NCBI GenBank assembly: GCA_019057815.1
Contig: JAHLWR010000003.1
Location: 164,553 to 228,552, forward strand
Source of the DNA: Candidatus Heimdallarchaeota archaeon
GTDB lineage: Archaea > Asgardarchaeota > Heimdallarchaeia > Heimdallarchaeales > Heimdallarchaeaceae
Length of the DNA stretch: 64,000 nt
Direction of reading: 5' to 3'
The translations under genes and the position numbers were made by a program. Every line of letters begins with the position of its first letter. Position 1 is the first letter of the stretch. The notes beneath the pieces are model-generated. The model saw nothing but the letters and a program-made list of their open reading frames with translations. It did no database searches and was not told where the DNA came from. Positions 10,361 to 20,333 of the stretch are shown here, in pieces.

Positions 10361-10620
10361 TATTAACAAGAGCAAAACCTTCAACACTTCCATTTTTTTA
10401 CATTCTTTATATATCAGACAATAGATATAAGTGAATCACATCTAAAGTCTTTCTTTTTTGGTTTTTTTAAAGATAGGAAGATATTAGAACGGATGGGTTT
10501 ACCTCATTATTCTCAAATTGGTATATAAACTCGAAAAATATTCTCGTTAGGATTATTACAGAAGAATTCTTTGCACAAGATATATATTCGATAAAGAGTA
10601 TAATTAAGTGTGATTTAATG
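10326..10620 (+). repeat. conserved non-coding flanks shared with the third beta-helix gene (downstream flank joined to upstream flank)
   Basis: 10326-10447 aligns with the reverse complement of 53895-54014; 10449-10620 aligns with the reverse complement of 55261-55432. Confidence 0.9.
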
Positions 10621-12249
10621 AAAAAGAAAACAACATTATTGTTAATTCTACTAATAATAACGTTGTCAATCTACGCATCGAATATCAATGTACAAATATC
10701 TGCAGAAGAGAATAAATACAGACCGATTTCGCTAGAGTTGTCAACTCATGATCCAATTACCATTACTTCTGATAGCAATTTCACAGATTATGGTTTTCTA
10801 GGAACAGGAACATCTGAGGATCCTTATCTTATTGAAGGTTACAATATCATAACAACGAGTACAAGTAGTATTCATATCACTGATACAACAAAATATTTCA
10901 TTATTCGTAACTGTTATGTTGACGCAAACAACAATGGCATTTATATCAGGTTTGCAGCTGATGGAACAGCAACTGTGATTAACAACACTTGCAGCAACAA
11001 TGGTGGAACTGGCATCTCGCTTTTCTTTTCTGGCAGTTCGACGGTGGTAAACAACACGTGTAGCTACAACGATTGGGGCATCTATCTTGAAACTTCTGGG
11101 AATTCGACTATCATTAACAACACTTGCAACGACAACGACCGGAATGACATCTCGCTTCGAAATTCTGGGAGTTCGACTATCATCAACAACACGTGCAGCA
11201 ACAATAACAACTATGGCATCTATCTTTACTTTTCTAGCAGTTCTACGGTGGTAAACAACACTTTTACTAATTGTGGTTTATATATATACGAAAATACCCT
11301 CGATGCATATCTCTCTAACACTGTTGGAAATAATTGGGTGAATGGGAAAAAACTAGGTTTTTACACTAACCTTGACTCTATGATAATTACTGAACAAGTT
11401 TATGGTCAATTAATACTAATTAATTGTACTAATGTGATAGTACGTGACCAAATATTAAATAACGCTACAATTGGTCTATTTCTCTACTCCTGTCCATCTT
11501 CAGTTATTATTAACAACACGTGCAACAACAATGGCTATGGTATCAGACTTTACTTTTCTAATAGTTCTACTGTTGCCAACAACACGTGTAGCAACAACAA
11601 TAGAAGTGATGGTATCAGTCTTTTCTTTTCTGACAGTTCGACGGTGGCAAACAACACGTGTAGCAACAACCACTCGGAAGGAATCTCTCTTCACTCTTCT
11701 GATAGTTCTACTGTCATTAACAACACGTGTAGCAGTAACAACTTGGAAGGGATCTATCTTTCCTCTTCTGATAGTTCGACTGTCATTAACAACACGTGCA
11801 ACAACAATTTCAACAGAGGCCTCGTGCTTGGGTCTTCTGATTGTGTCGTTACTTACAATCTTATACAAGAAAATAGATGCTATGGAGTATACTCCACGCC
11901 TAGTTCTGAGAATAATCTTATTCACCATAATACCTTTGTAGACAATAATCTAGGAGGAACTTCACAAGCAAATGATAGAGGTACTAACAATCTTTGGTTT
12001 GATACTATAACACTTGAAGGAAATTACTGGTCCGATTGGTCGGGAACAGGCAATTATTCTATTGATGGTGATGCTAACTCAGTTGATTACTTTCCTCTCG
12101 ATGAACCTGTTGAATATCCTACAGATGAAAATCAATTGAACTTCACATTTGCTCTCCTATTGTTAGTAGTTCCTTTATTCCTCAAAAGGATAATCTCAAA
12201 GAAGGTAAAGAAAAATAGACCAGCTGTCAGAAACTGCATGAGAAAATGA
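10618..12249 (+). CDS. right-handed beta-helix repeat surface protein, copy 2
   Basis: same architecture as copy 1 with more repeats. Confidence 0.85.
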   Translation: MKKKTTLLLILLIITLSIYASNINVQISAEENKYRPISLELSTHDPITITSDSNFTDYGFLGTGTSEDPYLIEGYNIITTSTSSIHITDTTKYFIIRNCYVDANNNGIYIRFAADGTATVINNTCSNNGGTGISLFFSGSSTVVNNTCSYNDWGIYLETSGNSTIINNTCNDNDRNDISLRNSGSSTIINNTCSNNNNYGIYLYFSSSSTVVNNTFTNCGLYIYENTLDAYLSNTVGNNWVNGKKLGFYTNLDSMIITEQVYGQLILINCTNVIVRDQILNNATIGLFLYSCPSSVIINNTCNNNGYGIRLYFSNSSTVANNTCSNNNRSDGISLFFSDSSTVANNTCSNNHSEGISLHSSDSSTVINNTCSSNNLEGIYLSSSDSSTVINNTCNNNFNRGLVLGSSDCVVTYNLIQENRCYGVYSTPSSENNLIHHNTFVDNNLGGTSQANDRGTNNLWFDTITLEGNYWSDWSGTGNYSIDGDANSVDYFPLDEPVEYPTDENQLNFTFALLLLVVPLFLKRIISKKVKKNRPAVRNCMRK

Positions 12250-12370
12250 AACAAAAGAATAGCTAGAGCTAATGCTTTAAACTTAAGAGTCTTTGTGTGT
12301 AGTATTAAGTATTCACAAGGTCATAACAAAGTTTATATACTAGAAACGAAGAAAGGTTTTAAAAAGTATT

Positions 12371-12480
12371 CGCAAAAGTTTAAAACTGTGAAAAATCTGG
12401 GGTCATCACGAGGGTAATACTCTCATTTTTTATTCTTATGCTCACTGAGATGAGAGATTCCACCTTCTTCGTTTGACCTA
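12371..12480 (+). promoter_or_regulatory. BRE/TATA followed by a structured tfb 5' leader
   Basis: cgcaaaag-tttaaaa at 12371-12385; nested stems gggtca/tgacct, acgaggg/tcttcgt, ctctcatttt/gagatgagag. Confidence 0.55.
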
Positions 12481-12502
12481 TCAAATTGCATGGGGTAAAA
12501 TA

Positions 12503-13444
12503 TTGAGTAAAAAGAAAGAAGAAAAATATGAAGAAGAAGAGGATAAAGAGTGTCCTGAATGTGGGAGTTTTGATGTTATTCTTGACCAAACTCGAGGCGA
12601 ACATATTTGCCGAAATTGTGGTACTGTAGTTGAAGAGAAGCTTATTGATGATGGTCCTGAGTGGCGTGCTTTCACTGCTGAAGAACGTTCCAAACGTAGC
12701 AGAGTTGGTTCTCCTACTACTATTACTATTCATGATAAAGGTCTCAGCACTCAAATTGGTTGGGAAGACCGCGATGTTTATGGTAAGAAGCTTTCACCTA
12801 AACGTCGAGCACAAATTTACCGTTTGCGTAAATGGCAGATACGCACTCGTGTTCATAGTTCCATCGATCGTAACTTAGCTTACGCTATGTCTGAATTGGA
12901 CCGTTTATCTTCACAGCTTGGTATTCCTCGCAGTGTCAACGAGACAGCAGCTAATATTTATCGAAAGGCTATTGAAAAACGTCTCATTCGCGGTCGTTCT
13001 ATTGAAGCAATGATTGGTGCTACTGCTTACGCTGGTGCTCGTATCAGACGTGTTCCTCGAACACTTGATGAAATTGCTCGTCACAGCCGTATCTCTAAAA
13101 AGGAACTTGGTCGCTGTTATCGTCTTATAATCCGCGAGCTTGAAATTAAAATTCCTTTAGCCAATCCTACAGATTATATAGTCAGATTTGCTGCTGAGCT
13201 ACGCTTAAGTGGTCGAACTGCTCGAAAGGCTGTTGAACTTCTTAACAGAGCTAAAGAGCATAATCTTACAGCTGGTAAAGATCCTACAGGGCTTGCTGCA
13301 GCTGCTATTTACATCGCAGGTATCACTGAGAGTGAAAGACGTACCCAACGTGAGATTGCTGAAACAGCTACTGTTACTGAAGTAACTGTTCGTAACAGGT
13401 ACAAAGAGCTTGTTAGAAAACTCAAGATAGAGGTTACAATCTAA
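12503..13444 (+). CDS. tfb: transcription initiation factor IIB
   Basis: CPECG..CRNCG zinc ribbon, GPEWRAF B-reader, two cyclin repeats, TEVTVRNRYKEL; TTG at 12503 with ggggt SD preferred over 12473. Confidence 0.97.
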   Translation: MSKKKEEKYEEEEDKECPECGSFDVILDQTRGEHICRNCGTVVEEKLIDDGPEWRAFTAEERSKRSRVGSPTTITIHDKGLSTQIGWEDRDVYGKKLSPKRRAQIYRLRKWQIRTRVHSSIDRNLAYAMSELDRLSSQLGIPRSVNETAANIYRKAIEKRLIRGRSIEAMIGATAYAGARIRRVPRTLDEIARHSRISKKELGRCYRLIIRELEIKIPLANPTDYIVRFAAELRLSGRTARKAVELLNRAKEHNLTAGKDPTGLAAAAIYIAGITESERRTQREIAETATVTEVTVRNRYKELVRKLKIEVTI

Positions 13445-13466
13445 TATCTATTTCCTCTTCAAACCT

Positions 13467-13510
13467 TATTTTTTTTTGTAAAAACAAATCTTTTTCCATT
13501 TTCACTTTTT
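13467..13510 (+). terminator. oligo-T terminator after tfb
   Basis: long T tracts directly after the stop codon. Confidence 0.45.
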
Positions 13511-13555
13511 TCAAAGCATTTAAGTACGATTCCTATTTTATCTTTTTGGATACAA

Positions 13556-15073
13556 TTGACTGAAGATAGGCTAATAGATAAAATTATCGATGTTTCGCTC
13601 CGTAGAGGTTTTATATGCCCTACAGCTGAAATTTATGGGGGAGCTGGAGGATTTTATGATTATGGTCCATTGGGTACTCTATTAAAACAGAAAATTATCG
13701 ATTATTGGCGTCAAAACTTTGTTCTTGATACTGATAATATTTTTGAAGTTTCAGGTTCTCTTCTTATGCCTGAATCTGTTTTTCAAGCTTCAGGTCATCT
13801 AGATGCTTTTGATGATCCTCTTACTCAATGTAGTGTCTGTAATTCTATGTTTAGAACTGATCAGTTAATAAATGATGCAGCAAACATCAGTGCTGAAGGA
13901 TTATCAATAGAAGAACAAGATAAACTTATTCAAGAGCACAATGTTAAGTGTCCTAAATGTAATGAAGATTTAAGTAAATCCCGCAATTTTAATTTAATGT
14001 TTAAAACAGAAATAGGTCCCTCTGGAGGATACGCTGGTTATCTACGACCAGAGACAGCTCAGAATATTTTCATCAATTTTAAAAGATTGACAGCTTTTAT
14101 GAGAAACAAACTACCTTTTGGGATTGCTCAAACAGGTTTTTCTTTTCGTAATGAAATCTCTCCTAGAAATTTCATTATACGTTTAAGGCAATTTGAACAG
14201 ATGGAAATCGAGATGTTCTTCGATCCTGATGATAAAGAAGTTTCATCTCCTTTTGAAATAGCTGAGGATTTAAAAATAAATTTTGTTACTCACGAAATGC
14301 AAGAAAAAGGATGGGAAAAACCTCTATCACTTTCTCTTCAAGAAGTTAAGCAACAGAATTTAGTACCTAATGACTATTTGTTGTATTTTTTTGCTTTAGA
14401 AACAGAGATGTTAATTGATTTTGGTGTTAAACAAGAAGATTTTTGGTTTAGACATATGCTTCCTCATGAGACACCTCACTACTCAGGCGGAAATTTCGAT
14501 TTAGAAGTTAATCTATCTGTTGGTCATAAGGAAATAATTGGTAATGCTTATAGAAGAGACTATGATCTGAAAAAACACTCAAAAGCTTCAAATTCGTCCT
14601 TTACAATAGCTTATTCCGATGGAAGGAAAGTTTTACCCCATGTAGTTGAACCTTCACTTGGTGTTGATCGTATCCTTTATACTGTTCTAGAAAAATGCTA
14701 TCGCGAAGATGATAGAGGTTGGAGTTGGTTTCAATTCCCTTCTATTATTGCTCCTTTGGAAGTTGCTGTCCTTCCACTAATGAAAAAAGATGGTCTAGCA
14801 AATCTTGCTTATGAAGTTCACAGGGAATTAAAGAACTCTGGATATATCTCTTTCTATGACGAGAGCGGTAAAATAGGCAAAAGGTATGCTAGGGCAGATG
14901 AAATAGGTATTCCTTATTGTATAACTATTGATTATGAATCACTAAAAGATTCATCTATGACCATTCGTGACAGAGATTCGATGAAACAAATACGAATTCC
15001 TTTGGAAGATCTCGATATAACTCTAGGAGAACTCATGGATTCGGAAGTAGAATTCGAAGAATATGAACAATGA
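13556..15073 (+). CDS. glyS: glycyl-tRNA synthetase (alpha2 type)
   Basis: GFYDYGPLG, LRPETAQ, FRNEISPR, VVEPSLGVDR, IGKRYARADEIG. Confidence 0.95.
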   Translation: MTEDRLIDKIIDVSLRRGFICPTAEIYGGAGGFYDYGPLGTLLKQKIIDYWRQNFVLDTDNIFEVSGSLLMPESVFQASGHLDAFDDPLTQCSVCNSMFRTDQLINDAANISAEGLSIEEQDKLIQEHNVKCPKCNEDLSKSRNFNLMFKTEIGPSGGYAGYLRPETAQNIFINFKRLTAFMRNKLPFGIAQTGFSFRNEISPRNFIIRLRQFEQMEIEMFFDPDDKEVSSPFEIAEDLKINFVTHEMQEKGWEKPLSLSLQEVKQQNLVPNDYLLYFFALETEMLIDFGVKQEDFWFRHMLPHETPHYSGGNFDLEVNLSVGHKEIIGNAYRRDYDLKKHSKASNSSFTIAYSDGRKVLPHVVEPSLGVDRILYTVLEKCYREDDRGWSWFQFPSIIAPLEVAVLPLMKKDGLANLAYEVHRELKNSGYISFYDESGKIGKRYARADEIGIPYCITIDYESLKDSSMTIRDRDSMKQIRIPLEDLDITLGELMDSEVEFEEYEQ

Positions 15074-15132
15074 GAAGAAATTCTTTAGCTAACAAAGAAA
15101 AGATTAAGAATAGAAATTAAAATGGTGATTTG

Positions 15133-15279
15133 ATGACAAAATACATTTGTTCAAGATGTAAAAATGAAATAACCCCAAGCGAATTAAGAATATTACCAGG
15201 TGTTAAATGCCCTCGCTGTTCCAGTAGGGTACTATTCAAACAACGGTCTCTTATAGCTAAACCTGTTAAAGCTCGATAA
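15133..15279 (+). CDS. rpoP: DNA-directed RNA polymerase subunit Rpo12/RpoP (absent from the ORF track)
   Basis: MTKYICSRCKNEITPSELRILPGVKCPRCSSRVLFKQRSLIAKPVKAR, zinc ribbon; GGTGA SD at 15124-15128. Confidence 0.9.
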   Translation: MTKYICSRCKNEITPSELRILPGVKCPRCSSRVLFKQRSLIAKPVKAR

Positions 15280-15425
15280 GTTCTAATTTTCAATTCTATT
15301 TTATCTATTTTATATTTCTTTGATATGTGATGTATTGATTCCTTATTAGGGCCTAAATTTCATTAGTAGAAGCACTAATTTCGAGCTTTTATTAATTGTA
15401 AGACTGGAAAAATGTCGATTCTATT

Positions 15426-17048
15426 CTAATAAAGTGACGATTCTCCTTCATTTATGATTTTACCTTCAACTAATTTATCACTAATAACCCCAGAGATTTT
15501 GACAGTAAGTATTTTTTTTATTATGTTACTAGAAGAGTAAATACTTATGGCAGGCCCACTAAAAATAGGGTAACAAATGTAGGTATCTTCACGTTTCTTA
15601 TCCTTTTCAGCTACTATTGTAGTAATTTCTGCGTTGATTAGGGATTTTTTCTTTTTTATGTTGAATTGAATGATAGTTTTTTTAAGTTCATCTCTTTTAA
15701 TTTTTAGCAAATGTCTTTCTACTGGAGAAGGGGAGTTAGTTACTGAAAATGGAGAATTAGGTAGCGGTAAGTATCTATAAACTGTTATCTTCTCTACAAA
15801 ATCAAATATATTTTCCTCAATTGTTCTCTTAGTGATTTCTACTGAATTAACAGTTTCTCCTGGTAGTGAATGTATTAAGTAAATTTGAGGGGAAATATTA
15901 TTCTCGCTAAACAGCTTTGCAGCTTCTAATGCTTTTGATGGTATGGATGGTCTTCCTATTTTATTGCTATGATCTTCATCGAAAGTTTCACAGCCTATAC
16001 TTATAGAAGTGTTTGGTAGATATTTACCAATTATTCTAGCAGCATCAAGATTTACTAGTGATGGTTTAACATTTTCGATTGATATGCTACAAGTATGTTC
16101 TTGCTGATCTCTTATTTCTGATAGTTTGGATAGTAACTCCTCGATTTTTTCTAGATTTGGAGTAGGATAAGTAGGAGAAAATAATGGCTCATCATTTTTG
16201 CCTCTACAATAGTCTAAGAAGCCAGGAGCAGAGAGAATGATTCGACTGACACCTTTTGATAGTAGTTCATTGCATTCCTTTACTATTTGCTGAACATTTC
16301 GGCTTCTTGCAGGACCAAAAGTTGCTGGAACACTGCAAAAACCACATCCTGGTGGAATATCCTCTGGACATTTTTCTTCAGAAAAAACTTCTGGGATATC
16401 ACAGAAGCTACAATTGCTACAACCACCATTTAGCTTGACTATATCTCCTCGAAGATGATTAGAGCATCCTCTAACTACTTCGACATACACTTTTGAAAAC
16501 CAATAATCTGGATAATTTTGTATAATCTCAGTGGAGGGAGAAAATTCTTCAAAAAGAGAATGAGTGTGGCACATAATTCCTTTGAAAAGCACTTTATCTT
16601 TTACAAATTTAATGCAATAATATTGATTTGACTTTTTTGCCCTAAAATTGTCTATAGAGAAACTGTTTTCTATTAAATCGGCTAAAATTCGCTCCCCCTC
16701 TCCTATTATGCCAATATCTATTTCTAGAGAGTTAATTAGTTCTTCGTCTGAGAGAATAGGTCCTCCTAGAATAATTTGTGATTTATTATTATTTTGTCGT
16801 ATTTTTCTAATAACTCTCTTAACAGCGATTAGATCAACAGTCATCCCACTTATAAGGAAAATCTCATTTTGGGAAATTAGGTTGGAAACACCTTTTTCTA
16901 GTAAATCTTCAACTCTAGAAATTTGAGTATTAAGATTATATTTCTCAAAAACTCCTGCTAATAACCGTGGTCCTACTCCGATGACATCTCGAGAATATTT
17001 TCTTCTTCCGTCGTTAGATGCTAATGAATCAATAATTAGGACACTCAC
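15426..17048 (-). CDS. radical SAM protein with split Cys motif and C-terminal TRAM-like domain
   Basis: EVVRGCSN...GCGFCSVP with an intervening CxxCxxC..C insert; ILGGP; IGCET. Confidence 0.8.
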   Translation of the reverse strand: MSVLIIDSLASNDGRRKYSRDVIGVGPRLLAGVFEKYNLNTQISRVEDLLEKGVSNLISQNEIFLISGMTVDLIAVKRVIRKIRQNNNKSQIILGGPILSDEELINSLEIDIGIIGEGERILADLIENSFSIDNFRAKKSNQYYCIKFVKDKVLFKGIMCHTHSLFEEFSPSTEIIQNYPDYWFSKVYVEVVRGCSNHLRGDIVKLNGGCSNCSFCDIPEVFSEEKCPEDIPPGCGFCSVPATFGPARSRNVQQIVKECNELLSKGVSRIILSAPGFLDYCRGKNDEPLFSPTYPTPNLEKIEELLSKLSEIRDQQEHTCSISIENVKPSLVNLDAARIIGKYLPNTSISIGCETFDEDHSNKIGRPSIPSKALEAAKLFSENNISPQIYLIHSLPGETVNSVEITKRTIEENIFDFVEKITVYRYLPLPNSPFSVTNSPSPVERHLLKIKRDELKKTIIQFNIKKKKSLINAEITTIVAEKDKKREDTYICYPIFSGPAISIYSSSNIIKKILTVKISGVISDKLVEGKIINEGESSLY

Positions 17049-17474
17049 ACATTACATATACATCGAAATGAAATATAATTTTCGGTCGTAGAAAACTTTT
17101 TTGTACTTGAGCTTAGATGAACATACTATTTTTTTAAATTAATAAGAGAACTCGTTTTAAGAACTGATCATTTACAACTAGAAAAAAAGATAAATTTAAT
17201 AGAGAAACTGTAAAAAATAGAAAATCTAACAAACAATTACAATATTGTACTCCTAGAAAAATGAGTGATGTCTACAAAATAAAAAAGCAAAAAAAAAAAA
17301 TAATCGTTCATATTCAACTCGATTAATCTTTAGGATAGAACCAATTAACATTTTTACGAGGATATACAGTTAGCAAATCCTTTCACAGCATTATTTCATA
17401 TCCAAAAATGAGAATCTAGTTCTTTTTCACTTCTGATGCAAACATATAAAAAGTATTGAGAGGTAGTTTGCACA

Positions 17475-17786
17475 ATGGAAGAAAGTTGTAAAGTGTGCGG
17501 ACTGCCAAAGGATTTGTGCGTCTGTGAAGAAATAGCAAAAGAAGAACAAGTTATACGTATTTTTTTGGAAAAACGAAAGTGGGGTAAGAACTACACTCTC
17601 GTCGTTGGTATCGATCCTACTGAAGTTGATCTTGGTGCTTTAGCTAAAAAGCTTAAATCGAAACTTGCATGTGGTGGAACAGCTAAAGAAGGAAGAATCG
17701 AGCTACAAGGTGATCATCGATTTAAAATAAAGGATATGATGATTAAGTTTGGTTTCCCAGATTCTAATATCGAAGTGCAATTTTAA
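17475..17786 (+). CDS. sui1: translation initiation factor aIF1/SUI1
   Basis: CGLPKDLCVC, LKSKLACGGT, IELQGDHR. Confidence 0.95.
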   Translation: MEESCKVCGLPKDLCVCEEIAKEEQVIRIFLEKRKWGKNYTLVVGIDPTEVDLGALAKKLKSKLACGGTAKEGRIELQGDHRFKIKDMMIKFGFPDSNIEVQF

Positions 17787-17792
17787 TACCAG

Positions 17793-18053
17793 GTGAATAC
17801 TATAAAACAAGCAAAAAATCAAGATGATTTAGATTTTGATGAATTTGATGTTAAGATGAAACGAGGTTCGTATAAAGGAGTACTTAAGGTTTGTCCCCAT
17901 TGTTTTTATCCTCTTAGAAACATAGAACATTTTCTTAGCATGAACATCAAGTATATTTGCACAAACGATGATTGTGGGTGGAAAGGGGGATTTGCCATTG
18001 AAGTTCTTTTAGAAGATTACAAAAAAGAGTTCAAAGGAAGATTAAAAGAATGA
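17793..18053 (+). CDS. small zinc-ribbon protein
   Basis: CPHC ... CTNDDCGWKG. Confidence 0.65.
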   Translation: MNTIKQAKNQDDLDFDEFDVKMKRGSYKGVLKVCPHCFYPLRNIEHFLSMNIKYICTNDDCGWKGGFAIEVLLEDYKKEFKGRLKE

Positions 18054-18108
18054 CTTTGGGTAATGTACAAAGCTTTATCTATTTGCTAGTACAGTTGGCC
18101 AATAACAA

Positions 18109-18945
18109 ATGAAAGCAGCTATTGTTATTGATTCAAGTAAGGAAATACCTCATAAATGGTTCGAATATTACAACATCTTTCCTATTGGATATCTGATAAA
18201 AAATTCTAAAGGTATTCTTCTTAAAGAAAGGAAAACAATAAGAGAACTTGAGACATCAAATTTACTTAAATTAATGCTTAAAGATAAAAAATCTCAGTTA
18301 CTTGCACCAAGTATCAAAGACTTCGTTGAATTATTCACCTATTTATCTGAAGAATTTGATTCAATAATCAGCCTTCACTCAACATTGATAACACCTGCAG
18401 TTTTTGAAAATGCTGTTTTAGCAAAGAAACTAGTTTCTGAAGTCAAGATAGACGTGATTGATTCTCCGACTCTAGGACCTTCATCCGGGCTTCTAGTTGA
18501 AGAACTAGCAAAATTTATCTTAAATGCGAAAAATATCAATGAAATCAGAAAAGAATGTTTTTCATTGAACAAGCATATTCATTCTTTCTTGATAACTAAA
18601 AATGATAGACTTAACAGTGTGGGTCTAAGGAAAGAATCTATTTTTTCTGGAATACGCAAATCTTTCAAACCATATGAGACATATGAACTGTATCATAGCT
18701 CTTGGTCCAACTTATCAAGTGGTAGAAACCCAAGATCACTCGTAAAAAATCTGATAAAGCAAATAGAAATAATTACTAAAGCTAAAGAATTCAAAAAAGT
18801 ATTTTATGGTGGATCAGGGGAATTTGAAAAGAGTATTGAGAAAGTTCTAGAAGTAATCACTATAACTAATGCCATAAAAACAGAAACCTCGTTAGTGAGC
18901 TGTCAATTACTAGGTCCAAATTATGGGTCAATTGCATTGCTTTAA
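18109..18945 (+). CDS. divergent DegV family protein
   Basis: AIVIDSS, APSIKDF, IDVIDS, LGP C-terminal pattern. Confidence 0.65.
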   Translation: MKAAIVIDSSKEIPHKWFEYYNIFPIGYLIKNSKGILLKERKTIRELETSNLLKLMLKDKKSQLLAPSIKDFVELFTYLSEEFDSIISLHSTLITPAVFENAVLAKKLVSEVKIDVIDSPTLGPSSGLLVEELAKFILNAKNINEIRKECFSLNKHIHSFLITKNDRLNSVGLRKESIFSGIRKSFKPYETYELYHSSWSNLSSGRNPRSLVKNLIKQIEIITKAKEFKKVFYGGSGEFEKSIEKVLEVITITNAIKTETSLVSCQLLGPNYGSIALL

Positions 18946-18999
18946 CTAGTGAAAGATGAGGATTCAGAATTTAGAATTATCCCATGATATGATTTTGTC

Positions 19000-19135
19000 A
19001 TATTGGCATATAACAAGCACTTCATTAGAGTTTCATCGCTGGATAGCTCACTCTAAGGGGGTAAACCACGTACCCTCCTACCCCGCCCACACTACGTTTA
19101 GGTAGCGCTTGCGAATCGCCTTTAAGTAAAATGTT
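19000..19135 (-). ncRNA. cis omega-RNA overlapping the tnpB 3' end, with putative guide at about 19019-19000
   Basis: hairpins gcgctac/gtagtgt, gggta/taccc, ttagagt/actctaa, then TGAAG; boundaries approximate. Confidence 0.65.
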
Positions 19136-20284
19136 GTAAGCAGCATTAACATCAGCGTTGATTAACAAACCTGTTGCAGAACGAAACAGTCCTCGGTGCA
19201 CTCTCTTCCCCTTATACTTGGTCTGTTCCTGGGGTGACTCATTGTCTAGAAAACTACATTTAGAGGTATACTCCTCTTCAATAGGTTCAACCTTTATCCC
19301 TTTCTCTTCTGCTTTGTATTGAAGGATTTTGATGAGTTTTTCAAAAGGAATACTGACAAAAATTTGTGTAGTCTTCTTTCTCAACCTCAGTTGCTGTTTC
19401 CAGAGAGGATTGTAACCGATGTAAACGGTGTGTAAACCCCTAGTTTCCCAGAGGTCAACGAGGAACTTGCTCACCTGATGTAACCAATCTTTCACCTTCC
19501 ATCTCCAGTGTTGACGATAAAGTTGGAAACGATTACCATAGTGTAACTTGTTCTTTTGACGTAACTGTTTGTGTTGCTGCAACGCATACTGCTTCTGTAA
19601 CTTTTTCACTTCTTTCATATAAAATTGATTGATGGATTTTATCCCTTTCCCCTCGTCCTTGATGACAATCGGACGCGATCCGATGTTATCCACGAAAGTC
19701 ACGAGGTTGATGGATCCTAAATCGATGGAACCTTTTCTACTTTTTTTCTTTCTAATTGCTTTGGGAAGATGTTTATGATAGACAATCTCGAAGGTGTATC
19801 CTATCCCTCTGGGGATGACACGTACCTCTCGTAAATTATCTAGTGACGTTAAACGTGTCTTGATAGTAAACTTAACTTTTTTTGGCAATATCACCCACCC
19901 ATTGACAATTTTCGCTTGTTGGTTGCTGAAGATAGCTATAGTCTCCCCTGAAGGTTTCTTGAAATAGGGAGAGCAGGGACAACTGAGAAATTTGCTAGGT
20001 TGTCTCTTCCACTCTTTAATAGCTTGGAAGTAAGCTTTCCAGTTTCTTGACAATAATTTAAGTGTGAGTTGAGCGGTGTGAGCTGGTAAAAACTTGTAAC
20101 ACTGCTCTCCTTTCAATATTCTATCTAGGTCATTGTAAAATAGTAATTTGTTGTTTTTCTTCAACTCTTCTTTTATCAGAAAGTTTCCTCGATTATAGAG
20201 GTTCTTAGTTTGATGGCAAAGCTTGCTTAACTCCTTATCTTTTCTTACTTCCATTATTTCTGTACGCAAGACTTTGTTCATCAT
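19025..20284 (-). mobile_element. tnpB: solo TnpB (IS200/IS605 OrfB, IS1341-like) RNA-guided endonuclease
   Basis: KNLYN, SIDLG (RuvC-I), IGYNxxWKQ, IPF..LQYKAE, EEEYTSK, NADVNAAYNI (RuvC-III); GC content visibly higher than neighbours; no tnpA adjacent. Confidence 0.92.
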
Positions 20285-20302
20285 AATCTTGATTTGTTTT
20301 CC

Positions 20303-20312
20303 CTATATAAAC
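20303..20312 (-). promoter_or_regulatory. TATA box of tnpB
   Basis: GTTTATATAG about 20 bp before the start codon. Confidence 0.55.
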
Positions 20313-20333
20313 TCAGAAGAAATTAATATGACA

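Noticed and set aside
8873-12249. AAC-rich variable repeats as a diversity-generating retroelement target
   Set aside because: No reverse transcriptase or non-coding template repeat in the window; the AAC codons are the constant positions and variation is not adenine-specific.
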